Positions 60,461 through 64,000 of a stretch of DNA of 64,000 bases are shown here, in pieces (within the stretch, counting starts at the first letter, position 1; the number at the start of each line of letters is the position of its first letter). The notes below the pieces were generated by a model. That model did no database searches and was not told the DNA's origin. It worked only from the letters and a program-made list of their open reading frames with translations. This stretch comes from Torpedo marmorata. Taxonomy: Eukaryota. Location: positions 28,148,001 through 28,212,000 of the forward strand of contig OZ360234.1 of NCBI GenBank assembly GCA_977017645.1, written 5' to 3'. The position numbers and the translations under genes were made by a program.

Positions 60461-62293
60461 TTTTTAAAAATTAAAAAAATTAAAAATTAATGCACGAAAA
60501 GTAAGGCAGTGTCTTTTGTTCATTGATTATTCAGGAATCTGATGGCAGGGGGGAAGAAGCTGTCCTTGTGCCGCTGAGTGCTCGTCTTTAGGCTCCTGTA
60601 ACTTTTTCCCGATGGTAGCAGAGCAAAGAGGACAACTAAGACCCTGAGGTCTCTTGAACATTATCTGTCTTTTAACAACATCAAGGCTGGTGACCAACGT
60701 TGTCCACATTTCTGTTCCAACTCCATATCTCTTTAGTTCATTTGTCCAAAGATCTATCAGTATCAGCCGTATATATGTGTTCAAAGACTTATGGTCTGGA
60801 AACATATTCCTTAGCAAAATTCAAAAGAAAATTGAATAAATAATTGAAAATAAAATAAAAACACAAGGCCATTAGAAAAGAGCAAATGAATGGAATTAAC
60901 GGGATAGTTCTACCAAAGATGTGATGCTGCCACAATAGGATAAATGGACTTCCTCTGTACTATGTTAATCAGATAACTTATTCCAGAACTTATTTATCTA
61001 ATGTTCTTTGGCTTGCTGGGTGACTGTACAACATCACAGTTTCTAAATAATAAAACCAAATAACTCCAAGGTCGTCCACTCCAGAGAAGTAATGTAACTT
61101 TCTGATTGATCATGTAAATTTCTTACTGGTCCTGTCATATTGTAAATGCAGCAAGAGCTACTTTCTTGCTGGTGTGTCACCGTAGCCCATCTTGGCTTAC
61201 TTTCATCTCTGTTCCTCTCCTAAACTTCCTGTTTAATGTTCACCTCTTTATCAGTGGTTAAACATTTAAAGGAAATGAAGTTATAGAACAATGGGAAGAG
61301 ACCAGGATAGGGGGATTAATGATAGATCACTCCAACACTGAGCCTGCAAATGTGCAGTGGGCAGAAACATTTTAAGTGTTCTGGTTTTAAATGCAGCATA
61401 GAGAATTAACCATATCGTGGACTGTTTGATAGCGGTTTGTTTATGTTTTGGTGGGTATTTCCAGGATTTAAGAAATAATTGATTGCAATTTTATGAATAT
61501 TTTTCTTTATTAAAGGTTATGGTACTGTGGTTACTAAAAGTTTCCCAGCAAGGTTCATTTTTTAACCATTGCTCATTGTAATCTTTATTAATCATCTGCA
61601 AGAAGTATTATGTGAATTAACAATAAGTTTGTGTACAATACAATGTTTTGTGACTAGTGAAAACTTGGATGGATCAAATTATACAATCAAACAAGATTGA
61701 AAATCCCCATTCTGCTCATTATGTACATGCCAGCTCTACCATCCTGCAAACAATAACAGTCATTTCTAGGTATAAACACAAATTAGATTTGCAACTCACA
61801 AAAAAAAACATTTAACATAGATATGCATAGGCTGATACTTTTAGACAAAGTTGGTGATAACCAAACTGAGGCCATTGTATGCGAATGAAATTTGAACACT
61901 GTAATAAATGAATCTCTAAATACTTCTGACCGGTCACATAAGACTACAATGAAAGCACACAAGCTGTCTGGGTGGAAGAAGAGATGCACAAGAATAAAAT
62001 TGAGTTAAATGCCAGGTTATCTATCTTTTCACAGAGCAGGATTAAGAATTCTTGAGGTCCTTGATATCATAAACTTTCAGACCTCTGCAACCACTCTTGC
62101 ACTTGCTTCCCACTATCTCCGCAAAACTCACTCCTTTGATATTTAAACAGAAACATACAGCAGCGGGATGAAAAACAGACCTTTAGAAAGTTTCCATATT
62201 GTATTGATAATAAAACAAACTATAGTGCATCATATACAATTCTATGAAATTGCTTATTTTTGTCATGCAGCCAAAAAATAAAAATGCAGCCGA

Positions 62294-62983
62294 CTAGAAG
62301 AACCAAACAGTGCCTACTAGATTCCCTGAAAAGGCTGAGGACCCTGCGATATCTGTCTCTGAGGGCGACGTCAGAACATCATTCAAGAGGGTGAACCCTT
62401 GCAAGGCGTCAGGCCCTGACGGCGTACCTGGCAGGATACTGAAAATCTGCGCCAACCAACTAGCCGGAGTGTTCACGGACATTTTCAACCTCTCATTGCG
62501 GCAGTCAGAGGTTCCCACCTGCTTCAAAAGGGCATCAATCATCCCAGTATCCAAGAAGAGTAGTGTGAGCTGCCTCAACGACTACTGCCCAGTAGCACTA
62601 ACTTCTACTGTGATGAAATGCTTTGAGAGGCTGGTCATGGCCAAAATTAATGCGTACCTAAGCAAAGATCTGGACCCTCTACAATTTGCCTATCGTCATA
62701 ATCGCTCCACAGCAGATGCAATATCGCTGGCTCTCCACTCAGATCTGGATCACCTCGAAAACAGCAATTCATACATACAGTTGCTCTTCATTGACTACAG
62801 CTCGGCCTTCAATACCATTATTCCCTCAGTGCTGGTCAAGAAGCTACAAACTCTAGGCCTCTGTACCCCACTCTGCAACTGGATTCTTGACTTTCTCATC
62901 GGAAGACTACAGTCAGTATGAATTGGAAACAACATTTCCTCCTCACTGATTATCAACACAGGCGCACCCCAAGGATGCGTGCT
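62294..62983 (+). mobile_element. Rex1/Babar-type LINE RT fragment
   Basis: [59 protein letters not shown]. Confidence 0.92.
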
Positions 62984-62989
62984 TTTTTT

Positions 62990-64000
62990 TAATTTAAAAA
63001 ATATATATTTTATTTAAAATTTTTAAATCACAAAATACATAAAATAAAATATAAAATTATCAAATTATTTGTGATACATTTTCACCCCCCCTCCCTCCCT
63101 CCCCTCCCCAATCCTCCCAACCCCACTAATCTAATAAAAAATAAAAATATTTTAAAAAAAATAGAAAAAGAAGAAGAAAAAAGAAAGAAAAAGATAGAGT
63201 TAGGGGAATGCCAATCTATAAACTAATTCTATTATGGAGGTCAAGTATGCCAGTAGATCCGATATCCAGAGATCTTCAAATCCTTAAACCAACAGCTTTC
63301 ATATATGGGCTCCAAATTTTTAAGAAGAAATGATATTTATTACGTAAATTATAAGTAATTTTTTCAAGTGGTATACACGAACGAAGTTCTGAATGCCATC
63401 TTTATAATCCTAAATCTAAATCAGATTTCCAAGTAATAGCAATGCATTTCTTTGAAACAGCTAAAGCAATTCGCAAAAATTCTATTTGATACATATTTAA
63501 TTTCATCTTAATACTAAATTTTCTAATATCTCCAAACAAAAATATCATAGGATCCATTGGAAATGTAATCTTAAATACTTTATCTAAAATTTTTTTAACT
63601 TTCAACCAAAAATCACAAACTTTTGGACAAAACCATGTAGAATGTACAAAAGACCCTTCCTCTTTATTACATCTAAAACATAAACCTGATAGTGTCGGAT
63701 TAAATTTCTTAAATTTTTTAGGTGTTAAATATAATTGATGAAAAAAATTGTATTGTACTAATCTATATCTAACATTAATAATCTTCGTCATACTTAATTT
63801 ACATAATTCTTTCCAATGATTTTCATCTATTATTACATTCAAATCTAATTCCCATTTTAATCTTGATTTATACAATCCTACTTTAGGCATTTTCCTCTGA
63901 AACAATTTATACATTTGAGAAATAAATTTATTGACGTCTCCTTTAGTAACTAATAATTCTAATTCATTCTGTCTTGGTAAAATCAAAGCATAACCTAATT
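62990..64000 (-). mobile_element. L1/Tx1-clade LINE 3' end (C-terminal cysteine-rich domain)
   Basis: CFRC..GSFVHSTWFCPKV and KKCIAITWKS; A-rich 3' end near 63000. Runs off the window edge. Confidence 0.85.

Overview
Repeat-rich vertebrate genomic DNA, most likely a cartilaginous fish (ray or shark). This taxon call is inferred from the HE1/V-SINE-type SINEs and the CR1, Rex1, Tx1/L1, RTE and Penelope repeats. Two spliced host genes lie in tandem on the minus strand. The first is an AKAP4/AKAP3-like A-kinase anchoring protein with four in-frame coding exons at 46746-46841, 44256-44387, 30507-33782 and 29190-29345. The second, about 19 kb downstream, is a TRAIL-like TNF-superfamily ligand with exons 1-2 at 9564-9749 and 1163-1318; the rest is not identifiable in the window. 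The pair mirrors the AKAP11-TNFSF11 (RANKL) arrangement. Between them is a poly(A)-tailed WDR62 processed pseudogene on the plus strand. It has internal deletions and is split by a Tigger-like MITE that itself carries a 5'-inverted CR1. Other notable structure: a two-LTR, internally deleted Gypsy element with a tRNA-Trp-type PBS and 4-bp TSD; two solo LTRs; three long near-perfect hairpins; Penelope tails with hammerhead-like cores; and a compact CpG/NRF1 bidirectional-promoter-like island just after the AKAP4-like stop codon. Protein family assignments rest on motif similarity to sequences recalled from memory, not on database searches. No new biological system can be demonstrated from sequence alone. 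The best leads are the AKAP4-like 3' end module (promoter-like island, split palindrome and converging retrocopy) and the AKAP4/TRAIL-like paralogon.
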